Assembly: GCF_021028975.2 (NCBI RefSeq)
Contig: NC_059441.1
Location: 18,476,001-18,540,000 of the forward strand
Direction: 5' to 3'
Length of the DNA: 64,000 nt
Source: Sphaerodactylus townsendi
Lineage: Eukaryota
In this document: positions 24,661 to 36,963 of the stretch, one piece after another
Layout of the letters: each line of letters starts with the position of its first letter
How positions within the stretch are numbered: the stretch's first letter is position 1
The notes under the pieces: generated by a model
Databases searched by the model: none
What the model saw: only the letters and a program-made list of their open reading frames with translations
What the model was told of the DNA's origin: nothing
Translations under genes and position numbers: made by a program

Positions 24661-26824
24661 ATTCTGCTGTGTATGTGGATTTACACAGTCACTAGAAACC
24701 CGAGGATAACATTATTCCCATCAAGCCCCGTCCTTCCCTTTACTGACACAAGAACTGAGCTGAAAGCATGCTGCCAGGAGACATTTCGAGGCTCTCATGG
24801 ACATCCTCTTGGTGCAGAATGGGTGCGGCGACACACAACCGACGCTATAAAATTACCTCCAACGAGCCAACCAGAACTGCTGAGAGCTCAGCGAACTGAG
24901 AGGTACAGAAAAGCCAGCGGAGCTTAATTTAAACTCCGCAGGATTTTCATTAAAAAAAGGTAAAGATAAAGCCACATATCTTGCGGCTCCAGATATCTGT
25001 CACCGTAGGGGACCCAAGAAAGCATCTTGCCAATGGCCCGTTTCATCAGGCTTTGGAAATTTACATCACGAAGGATATATGTTGCCTCCGCCAAAAGATA
25101 TTTTAGGCATTAATCGGAAGGGGAGGGGTGGGGGAGATTTTTTTCAAACATTACGTGGTAGGTGGTAATTCCCAAATTTTGCGCTGCAAGGAATTTATTC
25201 ATAAAAAAAAAAATCAACACAAGCCCGGGAGCTCAAATTAACTATCCAAAAGGTAATTTAATCCATGCTAAAGCAGAAGATAATGAGGACTGCTTTGCTG
25301 ACCTTCCTGGTAATTCATAGAATCATAGAATTGGAAGCGTGCAGGCAGCCTCAGGAGAGGCCGGCGGACGACAGGCGGCTCCGCATGGAGCCACCTCTGC
25401 CCCCTTCCCTTCCCCACTCCCCTTCCCTTTCCTCCAGGGGTCGGAGGACAGTGAGGGAGGGGCTTCGGAGGCCAGCAGGCCGACGATGGGGACAAGGTGA
25501 GTGGGAAAGGGAAGGGAAACAGCGTGTTCCCAGCGGTGCCGTTCGCACCGCGCCGCCGGGAACACGCTGTTGGGGCAAACACAACCCTTTAAAGGGTTGT
25601 TTTTTAGGGCGGCCTGACGCCGCCCTGGGGGAGGGGGAGCGAAGCCAGGTCGGCGCCGCTGTGTTGCAGCAGGCGCCGCCCAGCCTCGTGTGGAAAATGG
25701 CTCCCTGGGAACGGTGTTTTTGCTGTCTTCAGGGCGCCATAAAAGGGCTGTGTGGAAACGGCCTTAGAGTCTTGATTGTTCAGGAGATAATTCAGTTTGG
25801 AGAAAACGGGAGTGCCAGAATTGGGGTCTTCAGAAAAAAGCTAGGTCTAACTTCTGTTAAACTAGAGCAGGCAAATAAAATATGCTCTAAAGTCTCTTCA
25901 GAGGATGCAGCATTCATACATAGGCTCGCACCGTCTCGCACAGCTTGACAACATTTTGTCCCTCACAGCATTTGGCCGGATAAAGTTGTTCAGGGGGTTG
26001 AAATTCAGCCAGCCGCCTGCCCCGTGAGTCATCCCTGATTTAGAAGAATACTTTGCAAGAGCGCAACGCAGGCTTTCAGGTGCCCTTGGGCTTTGAAAGA
26101 GCTTTGGAGTAGCAGCAACCTGGATTTTAGAAGCAAGGTGACTGGGCAAAAATAGAAATCCTTATTATTAGGCAGAAATTAGCTGCATCAGATCTACTGA
26201 AGATGCCTCCTGCGACCCCAGCAGAGAGCAGCAGGGTCTCTAATGGAGTTGCAGAGGAAAATTGAAAGACTATCAAGTTATTAACAGGCTGCCTTAGACT
26301 TTCTCTGTTAAAAAGACTGCCAAGGGCTACCTTTAGATGCTACTGTACTGCTCTCCACTAAGGAAGAAAGGCCTTCTGGTAGCTTTCTTGCAATTTCCCT
26401 TCCAGCGGGATATAGCTGGCCTAGACTTGAAACGTACTCCGGACTCTAAACTGTCAGAAGCATTAGAAGCAGTGAAAGGTGCACTTAGCTAAAGGGGAAA
26501 TGCCTGGCAGGGAATTGCTGGTTCTAAAAGACAGGACGAACCAGTCTTCGGTTGATGATGCACAGGAGGCAGCTTGCTAAATCTGCATGTTGGCTGAAAG
26601 ACCCCTCCATAAATGGGCAGACATTTAACAAGCAAATTTACATGAGGCACACAAACCAAGGAGGGAGAGAAGTTGCTATGGGGAACAGGGCGGGCTTCTG
26701 TCTATGCCAAAATTCTTAAGGCAGTCTAGTTATGTGCTGCTGCATGCCGAGGTCAGAGATCCTTATGTATCTCAATTTCTCTCTGTCTTCTTCAAACCAA
26801 GTTCTTAGCCCTTAAGGCTCTCAA

Positions 26825-27312
26825 CATAGAATCATAGAGTTGGAAGAGGCCCCAAGGGTCATCTAGTCCAACCCCCTACCATGCAGGAACACACAATCAA
26901 AGCACTCCTGACAAATGGCCATCCAGCCTCTCTTTAAAAACCTCCAAAGAAGGAGACTCCACCACACTCCGAGGCAGAGAATTCCACTGTTGAACAGCCC
27001 TGACAGTCAGGAAGTTCTTCCTGATGTTTAGGTGGAATCGCTTTTCCTTCACCTTGAACCCATGACTCCTGGTCCTAGTCTCTGGGGCAGCAGAAAACAA
27101 GCTTGCTCCCTCACCAACATGAGATCCCTCCAAATATCTAAACATGGCTTTAATGTCACCTCTTCACCTTCTCTTCACCAAACCAAACATCCCCAACCGC
27201 AAACGAAACATCTCTCATTGTAAGGCATGGATTCCAGACTTTTTATCATTTTGGTTGCCCTCCTCTGGACCAACTTGTCAATATCCTTCTTGAATTGCGG
27301 TGCCCAGAACTG
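26825..27312 (-). mobile_element. CR1 LINE 3' fragment (second CR1 family)
   Basis: QFWAPQFKKDIDKL..RTRSHGFK..RFHLNIRKNFLTVRAVQQWNSLP; (CTATGATT) tail. Confidence 0.9.
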
Positions 27313-28728
27313 TTTAAGTATACAGGAAGTCACCCAAGGGCTTAAATAAGGTCTCCAGTACTCAAAGACAGAGTGTCTAGCAAAATCCCAGCAAACATAC
27401 CACTGGAAAAAATTATCACACACAGGAGGTATTTCAGGTTTGCTGAAACAAAGAGAAATTGCGCACATCTGCTCAATGTATACGACTTTTTTTGGGGGGG
27501 GGAGTTGTGTCACAGAGTTTTAAAATATGCATCACCCTGCAAGAGGGGCAGGGACAAGCCAGGAGGTTCAGATGGTGGCTCAGGGAAGGCTTTGCTGGGA
27601 GGACAGGACAAGGGGTTTATTTAGCAAGAAAAGAAAGGCAGCACCAGCTAGCCTCTCAGGATGGTTGTTGTGAAAATAACATGAAGGAGGAAAGACTAAT
27701 ATTGTGAACCACTTTGAGTTCTCACTGGGGAGAAAAGCAGGGGATAAATTTGTAAATAAATATGGGGACTGTCTGACTTATAGGACTGTTGTAAAAATTA
27801 CCAAGACCAAACGTTGAAAACCTAGCCACAGAAACGTTAGTGATTTGCTACAGCATTCAAGGACCCTGAATGTGATCCCGTGTCTTTCATACAATCCCCA
27901 CAGCAATGGAGGGCACTCCTGCAGTAAGGGTGGTAACTTTAGCAGACCAGGCAAGAAAGAGGGATACCTACCAAACCACCTGGCCTGGGAATTGAATTGG
28001 CTATTACTGCTCACTGCTGCAGTCTTTGGGTATGTAAACAACTGTGTCCCTATGCAAAGGGGGTGAAAATCCAGGTTAAAAAATGTGCCGACTGAGCAAA
28101 ACATCTCCCTTTACAGGGAGAGAGGGATTAAGATGTTCAGACGAAGAACAGAGAAAGCTGAAGCAAAGCAGAGTTCAGCTGGCTCAGGATATTTAAGATG
28201 CACACAAGGAGGAAATAATGAGGATAAAGCAAAGTAATGAAGACAAAGCTTTCGCCTTTTTCACGGCCGGAAGAAGATATTAGAAGGCGCACTTCCCCGC
28301 TGCAAGTTATTGAAAAAGCTGTCAATTTCAAGGGCTTATTGAGATAGATGAAGCAGAGGATGGAGACCTAAAGGACTTCAGAGAAGGGCCTGTGGGTATG
28401 TTGTGAACAGAGCAGGGAGAGATACGGAGGCAAGAGATAATAAAAGGTGGGCTGAATCAGAGAGGAAGAGAGCCAAGAATAATTGAATGTCCTTAATTAG
28501 TCAGCAAGAGCGACTAAATGCGTACAGTCATTTGGGGTGAATCTTGGGGGAGGAGGAAGGGAGCGAGTATCTATTAGTGGTGGTAGAAAATGCCATCAAG
28601 TCACAGCTGTCTCATCACAATCCTGTAGGATTTTCAAGGCAAGAGACATTCAGCGGTGGTTTGTTACTGCCTGCTTCTGTGTAGCAACTGGATAGGACTT
28701 CTGTGGTGGTCTCCCATACAAGTAATGT

Positions 28729-29045
28729 GGAGAGCCAGCGTGGTGTGGTGGTTATGAGAAGGTGGATTCTAATCTGGAGAACCAGGTTTGATTCCCCACT
28801 CCTCCACCTGAGTGGCAGAGGCTTATCTGGTGAACCAGATGTGTTTCCATACTCCTACATTCCTGCTGGAAGACCTGGGGCTAGTCACAGTTCTTTGGAA
28901 CTCTCTCAGCCCCACCTGCCTCACAAGGTGTCTGTTGTGGGGAGAGGAAGGGAAAGGAGCTTGGAAGCCACCATGAGTCTCCTTACAGAAGAGAAAGGTG
29001 GGGTATAAATCCATCCATCTTCTCCATCATCTCCTCCTCTTCTTC
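28729..29045 (+). mobile_element. CORE-SINE inserted into a 5S-derived SINE (28580-29115, - strand)
   Basis: Host sequence GGTGGTCTCCCATACAAGTA...AAGGTCTGACCTAGCTTATCTTCTGAGA (5S-like, - strand) is split by this SINE. Confidence 0.82.
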
Positions 29046-29462
29046 TAACAAGGTCTGACCTAGCTTATCTTCTGAGACCTGACCAAATCAGGCTTGCCTG
29101 GGACATCCAGGTTAGGTTAAGTGCCTATTAATAGGTTAGAGTGAGTGCCTATTAATCAGAGAATTTCTTTCCTTCTGCCCCTTATGATTTCAAAGGTGTG
29201 TTTAAAAGTGCAAGGAACAGCTAGTGGATCTCAGAAGCCAAGTCCTTCTTGTGTGTCCTGAGCAGCTTATTATCCCTCCCCATCAATACCAGAGTACTGG
29301 GAAAGACCCTGTGCACATGGCAGAATTATATAAAATAAACTATGCAAATAGATTTCAGACTGTGACGCCACCTGTGCTTACACAGCCCCACTGAGCTCCA
29401 GTGGACTTCACACGGGATGCTGCTTTATACCAGTCCAGACCACTGGGCCACTCAGCCTAGAT

Positions 29463-29610
29463 CAGGGGTAGGGAACCTGCGGCTCTCCAGATGTTCAGGA
29501 ACTACAATTCCCATCAGCCCCTACCAGCACGGCCAATTGGCCATGCTGACAGAGGCTGATGGGAATTGTAGTTCCTGAACATCTGGAGAGCCGCAGGTTC
29601 CCTACCCCTG
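29463..29610. mobile_element. Palindromic hAT MITE
   Basis: ~60-bp perfect inverted arms CAGGGGTAGGGAACC...; TSD GCCTAGAT. Relatives at 32161-32279 (GCCTACTG/GCCTACAG), 38635-38736 (CTCTAAGG), ~38980-39113, ~51461-51598. Confidence 0.9.
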
Positions 29611-29657
29611 GCCTAGATGATCCATTGAGATCAGCAGCAGTTCTCCAAAGTCTCAGG

Positions 29658-29955
29658 ATCCAGCGGAGTGCAGTGGTTAAGAGCAGGTTCACTCTATTCT
29701 GGAGAATCGGGTTTGATTCCCTGCACTGCCACTTGAGCTGTGGATACTTATCCAGTGAACCAGATTAGCTTTTGCACTCCAACACATGCCAGTTGGTTAC
29801 CTTGGGCTAGTCACAGATCTTTGGAGCTCTCTCAGCCCCACCCACTTTCACAGGGTGTTCGTTGTGGTGGTGGGGGGGAGGAGATTGTCAGCCCCTTTGA
29901 GTCCCCTTACAGGAGAGAAGGGGGGGGATATAAATCCAAACACTTTTCCTTCTTC
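29658..29955 (+). mobile_element. CORE-SINE
   Basis: Full-length copy. Confidence 0.82.
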
Positions 29956-30090
29956 TAGCCTGTATTCCTTTTGAAAATACGGAATGGAGCTGGGAGTTCT
30001 TGCGTGCAAAGCGTCTCTCCACCACTCTGCAGGGAAAGTGGAACGCAGCAGCATGAATTTTGTTTCCTTCAGCTTCTCCACTCTTTCCCG

Positions 30091-30564
30091 CCTTTTTGAG
30101 ACCGAGTGCCCAAATTGCAACCCAAACCCCAATTATTTATCGCAAAGTGCCAACCCGGCAATTTAACCTGAATGCTGAGTTTTAGTTTAGAAAAAATTAG
30201 TTGGCTCCCTCTTCCTCTGCCCCACCTGCTCAGGCAGGGGCCAACCTGCTCTAGCCTCCAGCAAGTCCCACGCACACCACTCTGTGCCTCTCTAGCATCT
30301 CTGCCTCCTCTGCCTCCTCTGCGTCCCCCCCCCCCGCTCTCGGGCAGCAGCCACCCGGAGCACAGGCACCAGGCCCGCCAGCCGAGTCCTCCCTGCTCAC
30401 TGTGGTGAACACACGTCGTGCTCAGTGGCGCAGGCCAGTCTAGATGTGTGTTGGGGGGGGGGGTGATTTTCTGTCCCCCACATGACGAACTCTGTGTGCG
30501 TGTCCCCACAGAGAGGGCTTCGAGTGCCACCTCTAGCACCCGTGCCATAGGTTCGCCATCACTG
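30091..30564 (+). mobile_element. hAT element, 5'-truncated copy of 33677-34190
   Basis: Colinear similarity, ending in GGTTCGCCATCACTG. Confidence 0.82.
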
Positions 30565-31821
30565 ATCTATCCCATGAGCACAGATGGAAGGCACGGCCAT
30601 TTTACAAAATAATTAATTAAGATACAGGCAGCAAACTATCACCCAAACCTGAAGCAGGAGAAGCAGGGAGCAGGAAAACGGCAGCTAAACTTGATGGGAA
30701 GCAGTGAGGCACCTTCTCATGTATAAACCAGGAAATGTGGGGAGACCCCACTGAGAAGCACAAAGCTGCAGAGAAAACAGTAAGTGCTCAAAGGGCCAGT
30801 GAACACTTGGATTTGGTTCAATGACCCCTTAAGTAGCCATACTGAAGAAACCATAGAACAGTCATATTATCAGTAGAACAAACGGAAGGCTCCGACAGGC
30901 ACAAACAATCAATCTGATGGCGTGACAGACTCCATTTATTTTAAAGTTAACCAGTACTTGTGGCAGCATGGTGTGAAAAAAAAAGAAAGAAATCCAGAAC
31001 ACTCAGCTGTGGAGTAGTCAGAAAACACTAATGCCAATGGCAAGTCAGGAAGCTCTTTGGTAGAATGAGCAAAAGCAAAATTTAAGCAGTCGAAAAAATA
31101 TCCCTTGACCTCAGGAAGGACACAGGCCCTTAATGGTTGTTTCCCTAAACCAAACCAAACAGGAACAGAACTCAGACTATCTGCACTCTGTGATTTATTC
31201 ATGCATACCAAGGAACCATGAGCTGGAATATGAGTATAACTTTCAGTCTCTGTGGAGGGAAAAAACTGTTACAAACAGGAAAATTGTCTAGATACCAAGT
31301 GTGACGACACTCAGTTGATTCTGTTGACAGTGGTATCAAAGAGGAATCATTGCTGCTTGGGGGATAAGTTGCTCTTTGTGTTTTGCCGTTGCAGTCAAAC
31401 AAGTATTGGGTAGGTTATTGAAACAGTGCAAAAATGGGCCAAGAGGCCAAGGGGTAATAATGCCTCTCATGACACCTGCCACCAAAAATATTTTCAGGCT
31501 AGATTTGCTATTTTGACAGGATCCCAATCACTGATACAAGTAACATCACAACATGAAGGCTGGTGAAGAGTTTTCAGGTCACAGCACCTTTCTGAGATTA
31601 TTCTAAATGAACCTACAGTATGCATACATTACCCGCGCTTGCCATATGCCTTACAGTCAATTCAATTCAACCTTTAATGGCATATAATGCCTTACAGCCT
31701 CTGAAAGGAGTTAAATGTTCTCCTGCTGCCCATTGTTGTGTGCGCTGACTTCCTCTTTTTGCCACATCCAGTGAAAGGACTCACTAAAACACGACATGTT
31801 CATCAGCGTTCCTGGATGGTC

Positions 31822-31914
31822 TCAGCTCCCCGCTTCTTTTCTCAGCTGCTCCAAGACTGCCTCGGGAGTCACGGGTGCCAGAATCTTCACTACTTTTTCT
31901 CGTGATTTAGCACC
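31822..31914 (-). CDS. C15orf40: C15orf40 exon 4 (last coding)
   Basis: cag|[30 protein letters not shown]; GxKSREK is the DUF167 C-terminal motif. Confidence 0.93.
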   Translation of the reverse strand, partial: GAKSREKVVKILAPVTPEAVLEQLRKEAGS

Positions 31915-32579
31915 CTGTCTCAACACATTTTTAAAGAAAGGGTCTTAGACAGTTTCCCAGGTTAAGATTCACAGAACACCGGGGTATTTTGAAAACAATT
32001 GATTGACCGTGTGATTCCAAGGGAGGGAGGGACAGTGTTCAATTGTGTAAAGAAATACAGCCACGGTCAATCAATTGGTCACATTTAAGTCAAGTATTTA
32101 AAACAACAAATCAACAGAATGTAACAACAGAATTATGCTAATACCTAAAACTGCCTACTGTAGGGGTCTGCAACCTGCGGCTCTCCAGATGTTCATGGAC
32201 TAAAATTCCCATCAGCCCCTGCCACCATGGCCAATTGTGGTCCATGAACATCTGGAGAGCCGCAGCTTGCAGACCCCTGGCCTACAGCCTTCTACAAAAT
32301 GGTGGAGGGGATAGACCACAGTCCAACAGTAGTCCCACTATGTTCTTGATGGTTGATGGGATTGTTGCACAGTAGACGATGTGGACTTGGTGTAATTCAA
32401 TGTGCCATTTTTAGGCCTTTAAACAAGAGTGCAGAGTCTGCATTGTCTAATGTTGATCTGCTATATCTTCAGAAATCCTGAGGATGCCCCTTTGCTTTTA
32501 AATTTAGCACATACAAGTGGATCACAGGGATGCTAGTTAAGAAACAACATTGTAAAACAACAATGTTTTAACTGTGCGT

Positions 32580-32850
32580 AAGAAGAGCCCTTGAGGACAG
32601 TGGTAAGCTGCAGTACTGTTGTCCGAGCTCTGCTCATGACCTGAGTTCGATCCCGACAGAAGTCGGTTTCAGATAGCCAGCTCAAGACTGACTCAGCCTT
32701 CCAAAGTTGGTAAAATGAGTACCCAGCTTTCTGGGGGTAATGTGTAGACGACTGGGGAAGGCAATGGCAAACCAATAACATAAACATAGTCTGCCTAGTA
32801 AACTCTGTGATGTGATTCACCCCATGGGTCAGTAATGACCTGGTGCTTGT
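32580..32850 (+). mobile_element. Sauria SINE (tRNA head, BovB-related tail)
   Basis: GAGTTCGATCCC B box, GACTCAGCCTTCC..GGTAAAATGAGTACCCAGC, GGAAGGCAATGGCAAACCA. Confidence 0.8.
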
Positions 32851-33199
32851 CATGAGGAAAGAAAGGCGAGATGAAAATATTTTAATAAACACCCTAAATC
32901 ACATGAAGGCTCTTCCTCGCTTCAGCAGGTTAAATGAACTCATACTGGTGAAACAAATGCTGTCACAGTGGCCCCTCTCTACTAAATGTGGCATAAGTTT
33001 CAACAGCCCAGGATAATTAAATGATCTAAGGACCATGCAACTTTCAAGGCAAGAGATGAGCCATTCCCACATAGCAATGCTGCACTTCCCATCCAAATAC
33101 TAACCATGGCCAACCCTGCTTACAGCTATGCTTGGACAAGACTGGGCAAGTCCAGGCTGCTACAGAAGCCATGCTATAACAGAACTCAGCACGCCGTAC

Positions 33200-33327
33200 C
33201 TTTTCCAACACCACCTCGCTTTTCTTAACTTCAAGGACCTTTGCAAGATAGCGACACAGCTCTGCATTGGCCTCCCCTTCGGATGGAGGTGCGGCAATTG
33301 CTACGGCCACTGCTTCTGTTGTCACAT
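33200..33327 (-). CDS. C15orf40: C15orf40 exon 3
   Basis: cag|[43 protein letters not shown]|gtacgg; [12 protein letters not shown] is the DUF167 motif. Confidence 0.95.
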
Positions 33328-33676
33328 CTGTATTTAAAGAATTCCACCCCCCACAAACATAATTTTTTTAAATGAGTGCAATACCCCCAGAGGATGATTT
33401 GGTCAAGATGATTTTAAGCCACATTACTCCCAACAGAAATGTATTACATGATGTATTAAATGATGTATTAAATAGTAATAGTAATGTATTACATAGTAAT
33501 GTATTAGTAGTATTGTATTAATAGTAATGTATTACATTAGTAGTGCTCCTGCTAAACAAATCTTGTACATTGAACAACTGTGACCTTTATGGCAATGAAT
33601 GACATCCTGTATCAATTCAATAAAAAGCAAACAGAAAGTTTGACTGTTCTATATAGTTAGTTGCATTGGCATAAGC

Positions 33677-34190
33677 CAGTGATGGCAAACCTTTTTGAGA
33701 CCGAGTGCCCAAATTGCAACCCAAACCCCAGTTATTTATCGCAAAGTGCCAACCCGGCAATTTAACCTGAATGCTGAGTTTTAGTTTAGAAAAAATGGGT
33801 GGTTTGGCTCCCTCCTTCCTCTGCTGCCCCACCTGCTCAAGGCAGAGGCCAGCTCTGCTTCTAGCCTCCCAGCAAGTCCCCGGCGCTTTTGACACCGCTC
33901 TGTGCCTCTCTTGAAGCATCTCTACCTCCTCTGCAGGTTCCCCCCCCCTCTCTCGGGCAGCAGCGCCACCCAGGAGCACAGGCACCCAGGCCCGCCAACC
34001 GAAGTCCTCCCCTGCTCACTGTAGTTGCACACACACACTCCATGCTCAAGTGGCTGAGGCCAGTGCCTAGATGTGTGTGTTGGGGGGGGTGATTTTCCGT
34101 CCCCCACATGACGAACTCTGTGTGCGTGTGCCCACAGAGAGGGCTTCGAGTGCCCCCTCTGGCACCCGTGCCATAGGTTCGCCATCACTG
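33677..34190 (+). mobile_element. hAT non-autonomous element in C15orf40 intron 2
   Basis: TIRs CAGTGATGGC(A/G)AACCT; TSD GCATAAGC/GTATAAGC. Second, 5'-clipped copy at ~30091-30564. Confidence 0.87.
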
Positions 34191-34483
34191 GTATAAGCCT
34201 TTCTGGGATAGACCCAACCCGGATCTACATGATGTCTCTGGCAGAGACCATGTTTCTAGATGTCAGGCATTTTATAAAATCACTGGGTATGAGCAGATCA
34301 CCTCTTCTGTTCTCCCACAGTAAAGTCCCACCTTGCAATAATTGTTATGAAAGCCTTAAAAATTAAGAGGGTTTATGTCTTGCAGATATCAACGTCCTTC
34401 AAACAAATTTATCTTAAGAAATTATATTTGGCAGCTGCAGAAACAGGATCTATAAAAATGAGGGCTTCAGATTTATCATATAC

Positions 34484-34610
34484 CTGTTACAGCATTTTGT
34501 TTAGATCCAGGTTTGGCATGAACAGCAATGGTAATACAGCCAGTTTTATCAGTTGCCACAGGGCTTGAAGGAACATGAGACGTTGCTGCATCCTTACTCT
34601 CAGCTTTCCC
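34484..34610 (-). CDS. C15orf40: C15orf40 exon 2
   Basis: ttttcag|GKAESK...PVATDKTGCITIAVHAKPGSKQNAVT|gtatat; HAKPGSKQNAVT is the UPF0235 motif. Confidence 0.93.
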
Positions 34611-35479
34611 CTGAAAAAGAGAGCAAAGAAAACAGTGCTACCTACCTGAAATTTTAGCCAGTTGTACTAGAAGCTGACCACCTAATCAAAACAATTCCAA
34701 GAGTTTTTGAAACAAGTCACACTTTTTCTTAGATTTTTCTGCAATGGCTGACAAACGCAAATCGAGAAAGAGAAAACAAGGACAACCTGCCTCACACTAT
34801 GCCCAACTTCTAGAAGATAAATAACATTCACATGATGCTGTAGAGTATTCAAAGTTTTTGCAATTCTGCAGCCAGTATTATTATCCCATGATGCAGATCT
34901 CTCTGTTGCCAAAGCTCAGGGTAAAAAGAGTGTGTTGAATAAGAACATAAGAAGAGAAATGCTGGATTTGGGGCCATTCGTCCATCCAGTCAAGCACCCT
35001 GTTTTCTTCAGTGGTCAATCAGTTGCACTGGAGGGCTAGCAAACCCTGATGCTGCTTCCTGGCGTGGAGATCCAGAAGTTTACTGCCTCTTTATGTGGTG
35101 ATTCGAATGGTATCATCTGCAAATTGCTCCCCTTAATTCCAAATAATTTATGAATAAATTACCTAACACCAAATGGCTGCTTTGGAGGATGGCCTCTACT
35201 TATTATACCCCACTGATGTCCCTCTATTCTCGAAACTCTTCCCTTTTCAGGCTGCACCCGCTGAAATCTCCAGGCATTTCCAACCTAGCATTGAGAACTC
35301 CAGTTGTAGGGGTTTTATGTGCAATTTCTATGGCATACAGAGGAATAAGGTAGGTGAAATGCTCTATTTTTAAAAAGAGGTTAACACTTTCTCAAGGAGC
35401 AGCACAGCAAGAAAAAGAGGTGTGTGGAAGCTTTCCACGTGCACAGCAAGTTTTCCTGTTTATAGGGATATTCCTTTTT

Positions 35480-35960
35480 AATGGAAAGCAATATCCTAAG
35501 CGGGAATCCATTACTGGCGCTCCATTCAATGCAGACTCCGACATTGCCACTACAGGCAATTCTCTCTGGCGCCGCTCTTTCCCTGCCGCCTCTATGCTTT
35601 CCCCAGAGCATCCACTTCCGTTTAAAACCGGAAGTGTCCCTTGGTTTATTTCACTTTCCTAATCTGGTCGTTATTCTCCCCCCTCTGAGCGCCAGTCCGA
35701 CTCGAGGCTCAAAGTCATCTTGCAAAAGCTCACGCCCCGTCTTTACTACCGACCTTCCGGGGCATGGTGTCCCCAAATCGTTCCCTCGCAGAACCCCGAA
35801 GAAGCTGACACAAACAGGGACTCCGACGGGAAGCAAAACGGGTCAAACCTAGCATCGCCCCTTTCGCAAATGCAGCGCAATTTGTTCCGCGCATGCGTAG
35901 AATAGTGCCGGATTGTACTGCGCTTGCGCAAAGCTTCTCAGCGGGATGTCGCAGAGGCAG
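35480..35960 (-). promoter_or_regulatory. CpG-rich promoter of C15orf40
   Basis: NRF1-like GCGCATGCGT ~35889 and TGCGCTTGCGCA ~35920, ETS CCGGAAGTG ~35628, CpG enrichment around exon 1. Confidence 0.7.
35754..35855 (-). CDS. C15orf40: C15orf40 homolog (UPF0235/DUF167) exon 1
   Basis: MLGLTRFASRRSPCLCQLLRGSARERFGDTMPRK; shares RGSAR and MPxK with the recalled human N-terminus. Second ATG at 35765. In-frame donor AAG|GTCGGT is inferred. Confidence 0.65.
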
Positions 35961-36957
35961 GAAAAGAAGGATTTTAAATTGACTCGGGTGAAACTTTGAA
36001 GAAACTTTGGCAAATTGCCTGTTCGCTAAGTCTTCCCCCCACCGCAATCCATTTGAACTGAAAAGCGTTGTCCTTGCATATTAGCATATCTGCACATTCA
36101 CGATGTATGCATTCCTTAACATCCATGATTGTAATCCTGTTGAGTATTTCTGTGCTTTTATAGAATATTATTGGTATCGTCATGTTGGCTTTTAAGTTTC
36201 CAGAACTGTAATTAATTTAGATCTGTTCTGTTTATATTATTTTTATTCTTGTAACGCATTATTTCATATAGATGTTTCTCTTTGTTATTAGTGAAAATTA
36301 AAAAACATATACCTTATAAGTATCAGTGCTCAAACCTACTAGTTCAAGGAAAGCCCCCGCTCCATCATGACAGGGTTCAACTCCAGACCAAATATTTGAA
36401 TGGAATTTTAACCACAGCCCATCCATTCATATTTACCAGGAAGATTCTTAGGTTTAAGTACAGTCCCTCCCCTTCCTCAAGGAATTAGGTGCGTCTATTT
36501 CACTACTGCAACCTTTTAGGAGCCTGCCACTGAGTTTGTCAGGGCAAAAATTACTAATCAGAACCAGGGGAAAATCTCAGCATTATCTCTTCCCAAACCC
36601 AGAATTGTGCAACTAGTTCCATAAAGCCAAGGAGAATGTATACTTTTCACACAGCAGTCCTGCCTGACAAACGTACAGGACTGGGGCAGTTTGAAACACA
36701 GAATGAGAAGAGTTTGTTTGTTGAAAGCTTTACGACATTGTAATATCATGCCCCTACACTAAGATCTAATTCTGTTCCACAGAAAGATGATTTTGGCCAG
36801 CTGAGGTGCAGCGGTTGAGAAATCTGTATACTTCTGCATTAGAATATAATTCTGAATGAATATAATTCATTTTTGCGTGAAGCCTATATTAAAGCCATTA
36901 TTTTACGCGCTATTCAACATGGTGCTTTGATACAAGAGTATTTATGCCATAACACAT

Positions 36958-36963
36958 TTTTAT
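36958..36963 (-). terminator. Candidate BTBD1 polyadenylation signal
   Basis: TTTATT on + (AATAAA on -) ~1.3 kb past the BTBD1 stop codon. Confidence 0.4.

Noticed and set aside
25265-25948. 227-aa ORF
   Set aside because: Runs through a GC-rich element with internal palindromes and a MITE-like end (TGTGGAAACGGCC); no domain and no splice support.
33445-33545. Short AT-rich repeats (TAGTAATGTATTA) as an array
   Set aside because: Low-complexity minisatellite with no spacer structure; CRISPR is not applicable to this eukaryotic DNA.
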